Shown here piece after piece: positions 1-8,907 of a DNA stretch of 62,897 nt. The notes beneath the pieces were generated by a model. That model saw only the letters and a list, made by a program, of their open reading frames with translations, searched no databases and had not been told where the DNA came from. Positions within the stretch are counted from its first letter, which is position 1; each line of letters begins with the position of its first letter. Location: contig CATKXS010000006.1 in NCBI GenBank assembly GCA_949841045.1, positions 1-62,897 of the forward strand. The letters run 5' to 3'. The DNA is from an uncultured Clostridia bacterium (GTDB lineage Bacteria; Bacillota; Clostridia; Christensenellales; UBA1242). The translations under genes and the position numbers were made by a program.

Positions 1-37
1 GGGTTAGTCAGCCGTTCGAGTCGGCTTGGGAACACCA
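1..37 (+). tRNA. 3' half of tRNA-Arg(CCT), cut by the window start
   Basis: Perfect T-arm agccg-TTCGAGT-cggct, acceptor strand tgggaac-a-CCA. Anticodon inferred from the homologous copies at 1828/8821 (loop ct-CCT-aa followed by gggtt). Confidence 0.75.
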
Positions 38-72
38 AAAAAAACGGTCAATAATTAACTGACCGATTTTTT
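38..72 (+). terminator. Intrinsic terminator after the tRNA
   Basis: cggtca...tgaccg hairpin flanked by A and T tracts. Confidence 0.7.
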
Positions 73-125
73 ATTAGTAAAATTAAAATATGTTTGCTTA
101 AAATAAAATGTTTTTAGTTAAATTA

Positions 126-587
126 TTATAAAAAATCTGTATTTGTCACATCTTTCCATAAATCTTTCAAAAGTATTCCATCTATATTTGCTTTTTCGGC
201 AAGATCATCAATTGATTGATATGATTGTTCTTCGTGAGTGTTTATATTCAATAACATATCACATTTTTTAAAATCATTATATAAAATGCCATATCTGTTG
301 TTACGATAAGTAAACTCAACTTCACCATAATGTTTATATGCTTGAATAAAATCATCAAAATTGGCTAATACAGCAGATTTGCCTTCTTTAAATTGTTTTT
401 GAGCATTGTTAAGTGAGGGGATATTTCTTATCCCTGCGATGTCAGGATGCTGAAACGATTCTTCTGATTGTCTCCATCCACAAGTAGGACATTCATCTCC
501 GTTTCCGAACTGGCAAATTAGTATTTTATTTCCACATACATCACATTTTGAAATTTTGTTTTTTAAACTTGGATACTTAACTATCAT
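126..587 (-). CDS. CPCC-type Cys-rich protein, putative immunity protein (paralog 2)
   Basis: CDVCG...CPTCGW...N.PSLNNA motif; C-terminal GEVEF...ANIDG..LKDLW shared with 611-1063. Confidence 0.65.
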   Translation of the reverse strand: MIVKYPSLKNKISKCDVCGNKILICQFGNGDECPTCGWRQSEESFQHPDIAGIRNIPSLNNAQKQFKEGKSAVLANFDDFIQAYKHYGEVEFTYRNNRYGILYNDFKKCDMLLNINTHEEQSYQSIDDLAEKANIDGILLKDLWKDVTNTDFL

Positions 588-610
588 TTTTTCTTCTTTT
601 AATTAAATTG

Positions 611-1063
611 TTACATATATTTTGGATTTTCAACTTTATCCCATATATCTCTTACATATTCATTTCCTATTTTAGCGTTTGCGATAAAATCTTTTTTATC
701 TGAAAAGTAATAAATATTTTCTGGTGACCAGCCAAACTTTATTCCGCCTTCATTGTTAGCCCTATCCAACCAACAATTTATATTTTTATACCAAAATTCC
801 ATTTCCCCATACATATTAAAGCCGTCAAGGAAATCAATTAGCTCGGGTCTAAATTCCTTTCCTTCTTCATATAGTTTTTTTGCTTTGTTTAGCGAAATCA
901 GGTTGGGAAAAATTACATCATTAGGATGTTCGCTGATAAGGTGGCTATTTTTCCATCCACAATAACTACATTTCCCTTGTTCATATATATCAGCCATATA
1001 ACTGTGTCCACATACTTCACATTTCTTTTCAAATATTTTATCATAGATATTTTCCTTTTTCAT
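611..1063 (-). CDS. CPCC-type Cys-rich protein, putative immunity protein (paralog 1)
   Basis: CEVCG...CSYCGW...PNLISLNKA; AAGGAG RBS; paralogous to 126-587. Confidence 0.65.
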   Translation of the reverse strand: MKKENIYDKIFEKKCEVCGHSYMADIYEQGKCSYCGWKNSHLISEHPNDVIFPNLISLNKAKKLYEEGKEFRPELIDFLDGFNMYGEMEFWYKNINCWLDRANNEGGIKFGWSPENIYYFSDKKDFIANAKIGNEYVRDIWDKVENPKYM

Positions 1064-1075
1064 TTTTTTCTCCTT

Positions 1076-1381
1076 TTAACAATAATCCGGATTGGTATCT
1101 TCACCGTCAGGGCCCTTATACTCGCATCGATCTGCTTTACCTTTAGAATAATTCCAAAAATGATCATGTGGGAATTTATGTTTGTGTTTATTCCCATGAT
1201 CCCAATCTCTATCTCAAACTGCTGCACCATCTGGTCCATACCATCTTTGCTGTAAGAGTTTTCCTGTATCTTCATCATAATAGTCAGTACGGGAATTTGG
1301 GGTATCTTCGAGAGTGTCTATGTTACCACGATAAGGTCCAAAAACTTTTTTTATTCCGCCACTTGGTTTACACATTCCCAT
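1076..1381 (-). pseudogene. Orphan polymorphic-toxin-like domain with in-frame TGA at codon 56 (absent from the ORF track)
   Basis: Manual translation MGMCKPSGG...LLQQRWYGPDGAAV*DRDWDHGNKHKHKFPHDHFW...DYC; GAGGTGG RBS; TGA at 1214-1216. Confidence 0.6.
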
Positions 1382-1539
1382 AATGCCACCTCACAAAAGA
1401 AGAGGACATTAATATACTAATCATAAACTTTTCCTCCTTTTAATTTATTTCAAACAAAAGGAGCTTAAGTCAGAGTTAAACATTATGGGGCAAGGGTAAT
1501 GTTAACTAATTCTTGGGTTATTCATGTTTTGTCTTTTTT

Positions 1540-1635
1540 AATTGTAAGTTATCCAAAGCTCTGGGCAAACAATTATTTATTTGTATTATATCATATATTT
1601 TAAAAAAAATAAAAGAAAGTGTGACAAATATTTAT
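1540..1635 (-). promoter_or_regulatory. Extended -10 promoter plus conserved leader element (copy A)
   Basis: TGATATAAT on the minus strand (1585-1593); element repeated at 14850-14940. Confidence 0.5.
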
Positions 1636-1737
1636 AGGGAGAGATAGATTTTAACAAATGATATTTATAAAAATACTGGTATAATTTTGGTATAATTCTT
1701 GAATAAAAGTTGTTTAAAAATATAAAATTATTGGATA

Positions 1738-1911
1738 ATACGCATAGAATATGCTTAAAATTGCGAAAATTAATGCAAAAAATGAAGAAATTGCATAGAA
1801 ATCTCTTGATTTAGCATTCAAATATAATTCCTAAGGGTTAGTCACAGGTTTGAGTTGGATTTGGAACACCATAAATAAAAAACGGTCTTAGTAAATTTGA
1901 CCGTTTTTTAT
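1738..1911 (+). repeat. ~170 bp direct repeat copy A, containing a decayed tRNA-Arg 3' half (1828-1871) and terminator; att-like
   Basis: Aligns with 8730-8907 and, in part, with 1-72. Confidence 0.85.
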
Positions 1912-2043
1912 TTCATGATATTTTTAATTTTTAAATGAGTTAAAAACTGTTCCATGAAAATTTCTTATTATAATTTAATCTTGATAATAAAATTTTTTGT
2001 TTGACTTATACAAATTATAAGTTATAATTAATTGGGGGGAATT

Positions 2044-2718
2044 ATGATAATAGGTATAGAGGGAATGGATGGAAGTGGAAAAAGTTCTGTTGCAAAAGCG
2101 CTCGCTTTAAAATTTGGATATGAATATAGGGATATGCCAAATAAACATTTTTTGGGAATGTCAGATGAGGGATTCCAAAAAGTTTGTGAAAAGATATATA
2201 AATTCCCTGACAATACTATAAAAGGTTGGTTTTTTGGGTTTGGGAATATACTTGCTACACAGAATGTTGAGAATGGTGTGATTATTGATAGACATTTACT
2301 TTCAAATTATTTTTGGAATGGTGATAAAAAAAATATTGGAATGTATGAAGAATTACTAACAATTACAGGCAAGCCAGATTTAACAATAGTTCTTTATGCT
2401 GGAATGAAGGAACGAATGAAAAGAATCCGCAAAAGAAGTTCAACTGATAGAGATTTAGATGATGATGAAAAAAAAGTGTTGGGATATGACAAAATGATTG
2501 CTTTTGCAAAGCATGTAGCTCTTCCTTATTTAGTAATAAATACTGAAAAATATAATTTGGACAAAACAATTAAAATTTGTGAATGCTTAATTAAAAAAAT
2601 TGAAACAATGGATAAGGCAGAGGTCGTTGAATTTGTTAATAAAGTGAATCAGAGATTATATAGAAACAAAAAACAGCCATATTCAGAACTTCTTAACGAT
2701 GAACTAGAAAACGATTAA
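2044..2718 (+). CDS. Thymidylate-kinase-like NMP/dNMP kinase
   Basis: P-loop IGIEGMDGSGKS, DRH..S motif, PDLTIVL; G-rich RBS before ATG 2044. Confidence 0.8.
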   Translation: MIIGIEGMDGSGKSSVAKALALKFGYEYRDMPNKHFLGMSDEGFQKVCEKIYKFPDNTIKGWFFGFGNILATQNVENGVIIDRHLLSNYFWNGDKKNIGMYEELLTITGKPDLTIVLYAGMKERMKRIRKRSSTDRDLDDDEKKVLGYDKMIAFAKHVALPYLVINTEKYNLDKTIKICECLIKKIETMDKAEVVEFVNKVNQRLYRNKKQPYSELLNDELEND

Positions 2719-2774
2719 TATTATTTGCAAAAGACATAAATTTTTGATATAATCCATATCAAAAGGGAGAGGAT

Positions 2775-3251
2775 ATGTTTTTAGATGAAGAGGGATTAGA
2801 GCAATTAGATGAACTGATAAAAAAAGAGACAAATAGATTAAAACAAGCTGTTTCGCAAAAAGCAAATGCTTATCAAAATGATACAAACACGTGGCATGAC
2901 AATTCTGATTTTGATAATGCTACAGAAAAAGAAAATGCAGCTATAAATGAAATAAATAAGTTGATTGATATAAAAATAAATGCCGAAATAATTAAAAAAC
3001 ATATGCAGGCAGATAAAATAGATGTTGGCGATGTAGTAACAGTGGAAATAGATGAAGATGTTTTTGATGTAATTCTAACTGGTAAATATATTACTAATGC
3101 AGGTAATGGAGAAATAACATTAAATAGCCCATTAGGCGAAAATATTTACAAGAAGAGCATAGGTGATATTATTAAATATAAACATTTAGGCAATTCTTTT
3201 GTTGTAAAAATAATTGATTTTAAAAGAAGGGAGAGAGGTGATGAAAATTGA
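2775..3251 (+). CDS. GreA/GreB-family factor (variant)
   Basis: N-terminal coiled coil; C-terminal VGDVVTV...ITLNSPLG...GD; tip reads NTWHDNSDF rather than GDLSENAEY. Confidence 0.75.
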   Translation: MFLDEEGLEQLDELIKKETNRLKQAVSQKANAYQNDTNTWHDNSDFDNATEKENAAINEINKLIDIKINAEIIKKHMQADKIDVGDVVTVEIDEDVFDVILTGKYITNAGNGEITLNSPLGENIYKKSIGDIIKYKHLGNSFVVKIIDFKRRERGDEN

Positions 3252-3774
3252 ATATGAAATTAGATTTTTAAACATTGATAAAGATAAAATAATTAAAAAA
3301 TTGCAAGAACTGAAAGCTGAAGATAATGGTGAAAAACTCCAAATTCGAAAAACCTATGATTTGATTCAGCCTCAGCCAAACAGCTGGATAAGGTTAAGAA
3401 CTAATGGTGAAAAAACAACTTTAACTATTAAAGAAATTAAAACTGATAAGGTTGATGGCACTAAAGAACTTGAAGTTGAAGTTAGTGATTTTTTTGAAAC
3501 AGACGCAATTTTAAATAAAATAGGGCTAAAATCAAGAAACTTTCAAGAAAATAAAAGACATCAATATCATTTGAATGGGGTTGAAATTGATGTCGATTCT
3601 TGGCCTCTAATTCCAACATATTTAGAAATAGAGGGCGATAGTGAAGAGAGTATAATGAAAACTTGCAAACTTCTTGATTTAGACTATAATGCGTCTACTT
3701 CGATGGATGTGACAGATATTTATAATAAAGTATATAATATAGATTTACTAAGTCTTAAAGAACTAAAGTTTTAA
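3241..3774 (+). CDS. CYTH (triphosphate tunnel metalloenzyme) domain protein
   Basis: N-terminal EYEIRF (ExExK-like), WIRLR, LTIK, ELEVEV, KR, YLEIEG motifs. Confidence 0.85.
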   Translation: MKIEYEIRFLNIDKDKIIKKLQELKAEDNGEKLQIRKTYDLIQPQPNSWIRLRTNGEKTTLTIKEIKTDKVDGTKELEVEVSDFFETDAILNKIGLKSRNFQENKRHQYHLNGVEIDVDSWPLIPTYLEIEGDSEESIMKTCKLLDLDYNASTSMDVTDIYNKVYNIDLLSLKELKF

Positions 3775-3778
3775 AATA

Positions 3779-3808
3779 ATAAAGGAGGGTAAAAGCTCTC
3801 CTTTTTTA
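3779..3808. terminator. Bidirectional terminator between convergent CYTH and LysR genes
   Basis: aaggag-ggtaaaagct-ctcctt hairpin plus T tract. Confidence 0.6.
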
Positions 3809-3819
3809 TTTAGTTTTTA

Positions 3820-4725
3820 TTAAAGTAATCCTTTTGTTTCGCTTAAATACTCAATGAATGACTTGACTTTTGAATTGTTATTTTCTTTTTTAGTAACTAG
3901 GCATAATGGAATTGAAGGAAGTGGGGTATTAATAGTTATTTTGTATAAAGTCTCATTATCCAGCAATTCTTTTACTGCGCTTTCAAATACATAACCAATT
4001 ACATTTCCTCCAAGTATTAAGTCTATTGTAACTTGAGTTGAATTGCTTTGATAAAATGGGGTAAAACTTAGATTCTCTTTATTTAATAAAATGTTTAATG
4101 AATTTCGTATGTTAGAATTTTCTCTTGGAAGGACTATATGAAATTTTGAAATTTCCTCAAGATTTTTTACATTAGAGAAAAGAGAATGATTTTCTTTTGC
4201 ATATACAAAACACATTTTTTCAAGTTTTATTGTTTCTAAATCATAGTCATTGCTGTTTATACTAATAGGGGCGGTATCTATAATAAAATCAATTTCTTTA
4301 TTTTCTAATTTGTTGATTAAAATGGCTGTTGAGTCATCATGAAAAATTAATTTAACATTTGGATTCTCTTTTATGAAAGATTTAATTTTGTTTTTAAAGA
4401 AAAGATAAATATGACTTTGCATACCAAATGCAATTTGTTCTGTTTCTTTTTTATTTTCCATGATTTGATGGCACTCGTTCATTGAACTAATGATTTCTTC
4501 GACTTTAGTAAAAAGAAGAGAACCCTTATTTGTCATTTTGATGCCATTTCTATTCCTAATTATAAGTTCTTCTCCAAAATGTTCCTCAAGTTGTTTTATA
4601 GCATAACTTATAGATGGTTGAGAAATACAAAAATATTCACTTGCCTTAGTAAAACTTCCCAGTTTGCAAACTTCATAAAAATATTTTAAATTGTTAAAGT
4701 TCAAATTATATAAATTTATATCCAT
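3820..4725 (-). CDS. LysR-family regulator
   Basis: LKYFYEV...GSFTKASE..CISQPSISYAIKQLE HTH; divergent from the U32 operon. Confidence 0.92.
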   Translation of the reverse strand: MDINLYNLNFNNLKYFYEVCKLGSFTKASEYFCISQPSISYAIKQLEEHFGEELIIRNRNGIKMTNKGSLLFTKVEEIISSMNECHQIMENKKETEQIAFGMQSHIYLFFKNKIKSFIKENPNVKLIFHDDSTAILINKLENKEIDFIIDTAPISINSNDYDLETIKLEKMCFVYAKENHSLFSNVKNLEEISKFHIVLPRENSNIRNSLNILLNKENLSFTPFYQSNSTQVTIDLILGGNVIGYVFESAVKELLDNETLYKITINTPLPSIPLCLVTKKENNNSKVKSFIEYLSETKGLL

Positions 4726-4859
4726 GCTTTTATAATATATATTTATACAAATCCTTGTCAAGAAAAATTACATAAAATGTATTTATGAATAAATAAATAT
4801 TTTATATTTGACTTTTATATTTATGTGTGTAAAAATAAACAAAATGAAATGGGGGGATA

Positions 4860-6935
4860 ATGGAAATTTTATATCCTGTAGGAAGCAATATATATATTGA
4901 AAATGCAATAAAAGCTGGTGCTGATGCAGTGTATGGTGGATTTCAACTTTTTAATGCAAGAAATAAGGCGAAAAATTTTACTGTTGATGAGCTTATTGCA
5001 GCGATTGATAAATGTCATGATAATAATTTAAAATTTTATTTAACTTTAAATACATTAATGTTAGATGAAGAGATAAAAGACGTAATTGAGACTTTAAAAA
5101 AATTTAAGATAAAGCCAGATGCTTTTATTTGTGCGGATATTGGTCTTTGTGAAAACTTAATGAAGGAATTTCCAGATGTTGAACTCCATGCATCAACTCA
5201 GTTTGGAGTGGCAAATCTTCAAGATGCACAGTTTGCTGAAAAAATTGGATTTAAAAGAGTTATACTTGCGCGTGAAATGACTGAAAGCGAAATTAATTAC
5301 ATAACTGAAAATTTAAATATAGATACAGAGGTCTTTGTTTGGGGCTCTCAATGTGTTAGTTTTTCGGGCTCTTGTTTTTTAGGCTCTTTAATGAATGGAG
5401 GAACTGCAAATAGAGGGAAATGTATAACGTTATGTAGAGATAAGTATCTTTTTAATCATGTAAGTGAGATGGGTAACTATTTGTATGTGCCCGATTTAAA
5501 TTGTATTAATATTGCTAAAAAGGGAAATGCAGTATCATTAAAAATTGAAGGAAGAAGAAGACCTGTCGAACAATTGAATAAAGTCGTAAAAGAAATCAAG
5601 GGAGAAATTGATTCACAAAAAGAAAATGGATTTTATTTAGGAGAGAACATAGAGAAAAATCATTTATATGAAAGAGTAAACAATCGACAAAAATTTCTCT
5701 TTAAACATGATAAAAACTTTCCTATAAAAGAAGAGGATGTTTGGATATTTAAGAAATATAATGAATTTTATTATCTACCTGAAAACATAAGTCCAAATAG
5801 TGAGAGCCTTTATTTATATTCAGAATGGAAACTTCCTTTTAAACCTAATTTAAAAAATCTGTCTATGGAAATCAATCAAAAAGGTGGAATAGTGCAGAGT
5901 GTAATGTTTTTAAATTACAAAGGTGAAGCAAGATATTTTTACCTTAAAAATAATGAGAGTAAATATATAAATATAGAATCAATAAAGGAATTATATAAAA
6001 TTTCAAATATAAATATTTATAGCATAAAATTTAAAAAAGAAAGTGAAAATCAAAATATTTTAATTTCTTATCAAATGGTTAAAGAAATAGAAGATTATGT
6101 ATTAAAGTTATCAGAAATAGAGAGAAATTTTTCTTATGATAGTTGCGGTCTTGATAAGGTATACATTGAAACTGAGAATCTCAATCTTGCTTATGAATTA
6201 GCAAAGGAGAATATTTTAACCATAGTGAATTTGGAATCTTTTGAAATGTTCGAGAAACTTGAAATTAGCAGATTTACTGATAAAGAAGCAACTATTTTTA
6301 AACTTCCATTTTTCAATTTTAAAAATAAAGATATGCAGTTTTTATTAAAGAAAATTGAGGGCTTTGGTGTAATGATAACTAAATTTTCACAAATTGAAGA
6401 CATTAAGAAGTTTAAGTTTAGCAAAATTTTTGCAGATTATCTTGTTCCAGTATGGAATCATAATTCAAGAGAATTTTTAGAAAAATGTGATGTAGAAAAC
6501 TTTTGTGCAAGTCCAGAACTTAGTTTTGAAGAAAATATGAAGATTTTTAATAATGTGAATGAGGTATGCCTGTTATTAGGTGGTAAACCGACGTGTGTTT
6601 ATTCTAGGCAGTGTTTTAAAAAGGCCATAGGCTGTTCAGTTTGTCGCCAATCTGAAAAAAGTTTAAAGAATGTTGATAGGGATGTTGACTTTGAATTAAA
6701 TTGTTATGCTGACCATAGAACTATGAATTATAAGAATAATATTTTGAATCCTTATAATTGTAAAAATAAAAATGTATCTTACAGATTTGTAGAAAGAGGC
6801 TTGAGTATCCAAGACATAAAAGAAATCTTAGACTGTGTGCATAAAGATGGATATTATGAAAAATTAAGAAAACATAAATTATTTAAAAATTCATTTTCAA
6901 ATATGTTAGAGGAGGATAAAAGAATTGAAAACTAA
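4860..6935 (+). CDS. U32-family (RlhA/TrhP/UbiU-like) Fe-S protein with long C-terminal extension
   Basis: GADAVY, FNAR, LHASTQ, RVILARE, EVFVWGSQC-x6-C-x15-C-x3-C, LKIEGR. Confidence 0.85.
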   Translation: MEILYPVGSNIYIENAIKAGADAVYGGFQLFNARNKAKNFTVDELIAAIDKCHDNNLKFYLTLNTLMLDEEIKDVIETLKKFKIKPDAFICADIGLCENLMKEFPDVELHASTQFGVANLQDAQFAEKIGFKRVILAREMTESEINYITENLNIDTEVFVWGSQCVSFSGSCFLGSLMNGGTANRGKCITLCRDKYLFNHVSEMGNYLYVPDLNCINIAKKGNAVSLKIEGRRRPVEQLNKVVKEIKGEIDSQKENGFYLGENIEKNHLYERVNNRQKFLFKHDKNFPIKEEDVWIFKKYNEFYYLPENISPNSESLYLYSEWKLPFKPNLKNLSMEINQKGGIVQSVMFLNYKGEARYFYLKNNESKYINIESIKELYKISNINIYSIKFKKESENQNILISYQMVKEIEDYVLKLSEIERNFSYDSCGLDKVYIETENLNLAYELAKENILTIVNLESFEMFEKLEISRFTDKEATIFKLPFFNFKNKDMQFLLKKIEGFGVMITKFSQIEDIKKFKFSKIFADYLVPVWNHNSREFLEKCDVENFCASPELSFEENMKIFNNVNEVCLLLGGKPTCVYSRQCFKKAIGCSVCRQSEKSLKNVDRDVDFELNCYADHRTMNYKNNILNPYNCKNKNVSYRFVERGLSIQDIKEILDCVHKDGYYEKLRKHKLFKNSFSNMLEEDKRIEN

Positions 6936-7635
6936 AAGTATTTGGGGGAATCCACCTAAAAGGTTGTATAAATTGTTAAATATTATAAAGTCTGAGAATA
7001 GAGAGAATCCCGAAGTTTGTATAGTAGGTTGCTCTGATGGGAAATTTTTAATGCCATTTGCTAGAGCTGAAATAAAAGTCACAGGTTATGATATTGATGA
7101 AATAGCGTTATATGGTGGTGAAAAACTTTTTCCAGTTAAAGAAGAAAATAAAATATATGCATATAATGCAAAATTCAAGAGTAAAGACTATCCTCTTGAA
7201 AAAAGAAGAGTTTATGGTGTTTGCGAACGATTGCAATTAGAAAATTTGGAAGCGTTTGCAAATGTAAAACTTTTAGATTTTTATAGAAACCCTCCAAATG
7301 ATAAGTTTGACCTTGTTTTTACAAGCTGTTCGTTGCATTATTCTAAAAATGCAGAATTTAGTTTGCTAGACAAAGTGCAAAAGCTTGGAAGTATAGTTAA
7401 AAAGGGTGGTTATCTTTATGTTGATTATATGATGGCTATAGATGAAGATGATTATGAAAATTATCCAGATAGCAAATTTTTTAGGAAAGGGCAAATAAAA
7501 AATATGCTTAGCGATTCTTTTGAAATAATTTCAATAAAAGAGAATTCTTATCCTAGTTTTGAAGGTGCTCATGTAGATTGTGTAAAAGACCATTTTCACA
7601 GATTTGGCTATATTTTTGCAAGGAGAATAAAATGA
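6925..7635 (+). CDS. Class I SAM-dependent methyltransferase
   Basis: VCIVGCSDGK motif I, VTGYDID, FDLVF...SLHY, KKGGYL. Confidence 0.75.
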   Translation: MKTKSIWGNPPKRLYKLLNIIKSENRENPEVCIVGCSDGKFLMPFARAEIKVTGYDIDEIALYGGEKLFPVKEENKIYAYNAKFKSKDYPLEKRRVYGVCERLQLENLEAFANVKLLDFYRNPPNDKFDLVFTSCSLHYSKNAEFSLLDKVQKLGSIVKKGGYLYVDYMMAIDEDDYENYPDSKFFRKGQIKNMLSDSFEIISIKENSYPSFEGAHVDCVKDHFHRFGYIFARRIK

Positions 7636-8387
7636 GTTTTGAACTTTGTTGGAATATTACAGCTAAGTGTAATCAAGGTTGTAAATATTGTCATAGATTT
7701 TTAGGCTTAGATAATCTTACTATGGAAGAGAATCTTAAGATTTTAAATAATATTATTGAAAGTGGATGTGATAATATTACCTATACTGGTGGAGAAGCTC
7801 TTTTAATAGATTATTTAGAAGAACTTTTATCGATTTCTCATTCACACAAAATAAAAAATAAACTTATTACAAATGGTATTATCTTGACTGAAGAAAGGTT
7901 TTCTGTGATTAAGGATAAGATTGATAAAATAAATCTATCTATTGATAGTTTGAATATGGATACAAATATCCTCTTAGGTAGAGGAGATAGGCATGTCGAA
8001 ATTATAAAAAGTAGAATAGAGATGATAGAGAATAGTAATGTGGAACTATCTATAAATTCTGTTATGACAAAGTTAAATATTTATGATTTATTTGAACTAG
8101 GCGAGTATATATCAGATAAGAATATAAAACAATGGAGAATTTTTAAGTTTATGCCATTAAGAGAGAAGGCAAAAGAGAATGAAGATGAATTTTCAATATC
8201 AAGAGAAATATTTGATGAAAATATAAGAAAACTAAAAGAGATGTTTCCTAAGTTAAATATAGTGACTAGAGATGTTAGTGAGTTTGAAAAACTTTACATA
8301 TTAATACTTGCCAATGGAGATATTTATCAAACTATAGAAGGAAAAGATATTAAAAAAGGAAATGCTCTTAAAGATAAAATTTTCTAA
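7632..8387 (+). CDS. Radical SAM enzyme, viperin-like
   Basis: CNQGCKYC, TGGE, ITNG, LSIDS..TN..LGRG, INSV..N, WRIF, F.IS...F, YILI..G; no SPASM cysteines; ATG overlaps the upstream stop. Confidence 0.8.
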   Translation: MSFELCWNITAKCNQGCKYCHRFLGLDNLTMEENLKILNNIIESGCDNITYTGGEALLIDYLEELLSISHSHKIKNKLITNGIILTEERFSVIKDKIDKINLSIDSLNMDTNILLGRGDRHVEIIKSRIEMIENSNVELSINSVMTKLNIYDLFELGEYISDKNIKQWRIFKFMPLREKAKENEDEFSISREIFDENIRKLKEMFPKLNIVTRDVSEFEKLYILILANGDIYQTIEGKDIKKGNALKDKIF

Positions 8388-8399
8388 AGAGATTATTAA

Positions 8400-8730
8400 A
8401 TGCTTTTGGAATTTAATGGGAGAAGAGTAATTGTTATGATAGGTAGTAATTGTCGTGTCAAATGCTGACACTGCTAAATTTCTTATAGGGGGGGGAGAGA
8501 ACTTTATGAGCTTATTTCAAATCTAAAGAACAAGTATAAGATGCTTATAAACGGAACTGAACCATTAATACATAAGAGTTTTGCCAAGTTATAAACTTGC
8601 GGGATATAAATCCCCAATTACTAATGGGTTGTTTTTTAAGGATAATCTAAATTATCTTGATGAATTGAAAGAAAATGGTGTTGACGAAATTAGAATTTTT
8701 AACCACTTTGATATGGAAAATATTGAATGA
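8400..8730 (+). pseudogene. Degraded second radical SAM gene
   Basis: MLLEFNGRRVIVMIGSNCRVKC*HC* (CxxxCxxC with stops); later INGTEPL and PITNG fragments; ends at the repeat. Confidence 0.6.
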
Positions 8731-8907
8731 TACGCACAAAATATGCTTAAAATTACGCAAATTAATGCAAAAAATGAAGAAATTGCATAAAAATCAACTT
8801 AATTTTGCATTCAAGTATAACTCCTAAGGGTTAGTCACAGGTTTGAGTCGGCTTGGGAACACTATAAATAAAGAAAGGTCATAGTAAATTATGATTTCTT
8901 TTTTTTA
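8730..8907 (+). repeat. ~170 bp direct repeat copy B with decayed tRNA-Arg 3' half (8821-8864)
   Basis: ctcctaagggttagtcacaggtttgagtcggcttgggaacacta; upstream ~90 bp matches 1738-1827. Confidence 0.85.

Larger units (their letters stand above)
1738..8907. mobile_element. Genomic island bounded by tRNA-Arg-derived direct repeats (no integrase in window)
   Basis: Flanking ~170 bp repeats; visibly AT-richer than the core genes; accessory gene content. Confidence 0.7.

Noticed and set aside
1214-1216. TGA recoding (code 4/25 or selenocysteine)
   Set aside because: TGA ends ordinary genes (39020, 55343, 61500) and the long core genes have no in-frame TGA; a nonsense mutation is simpler.
1060-1278. 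72-aa minus-strand ORF and overlapping plus-strand ORFs
   Set aside because: Alternative frames over the real interrupted ORF at 1076-1381.
1540-1575. c-di-GMP-I riboswitch (GGCAAAC)
   Set aside because: It lacks the GNRA/receptor and P2 consensus, and the promoter points the other way.
1828-1871. Functional tRNA copies at 1828 and 8821
   Set aside because: No 5' half, T-stems are broken, and the copy at 8821 lacks CCA.
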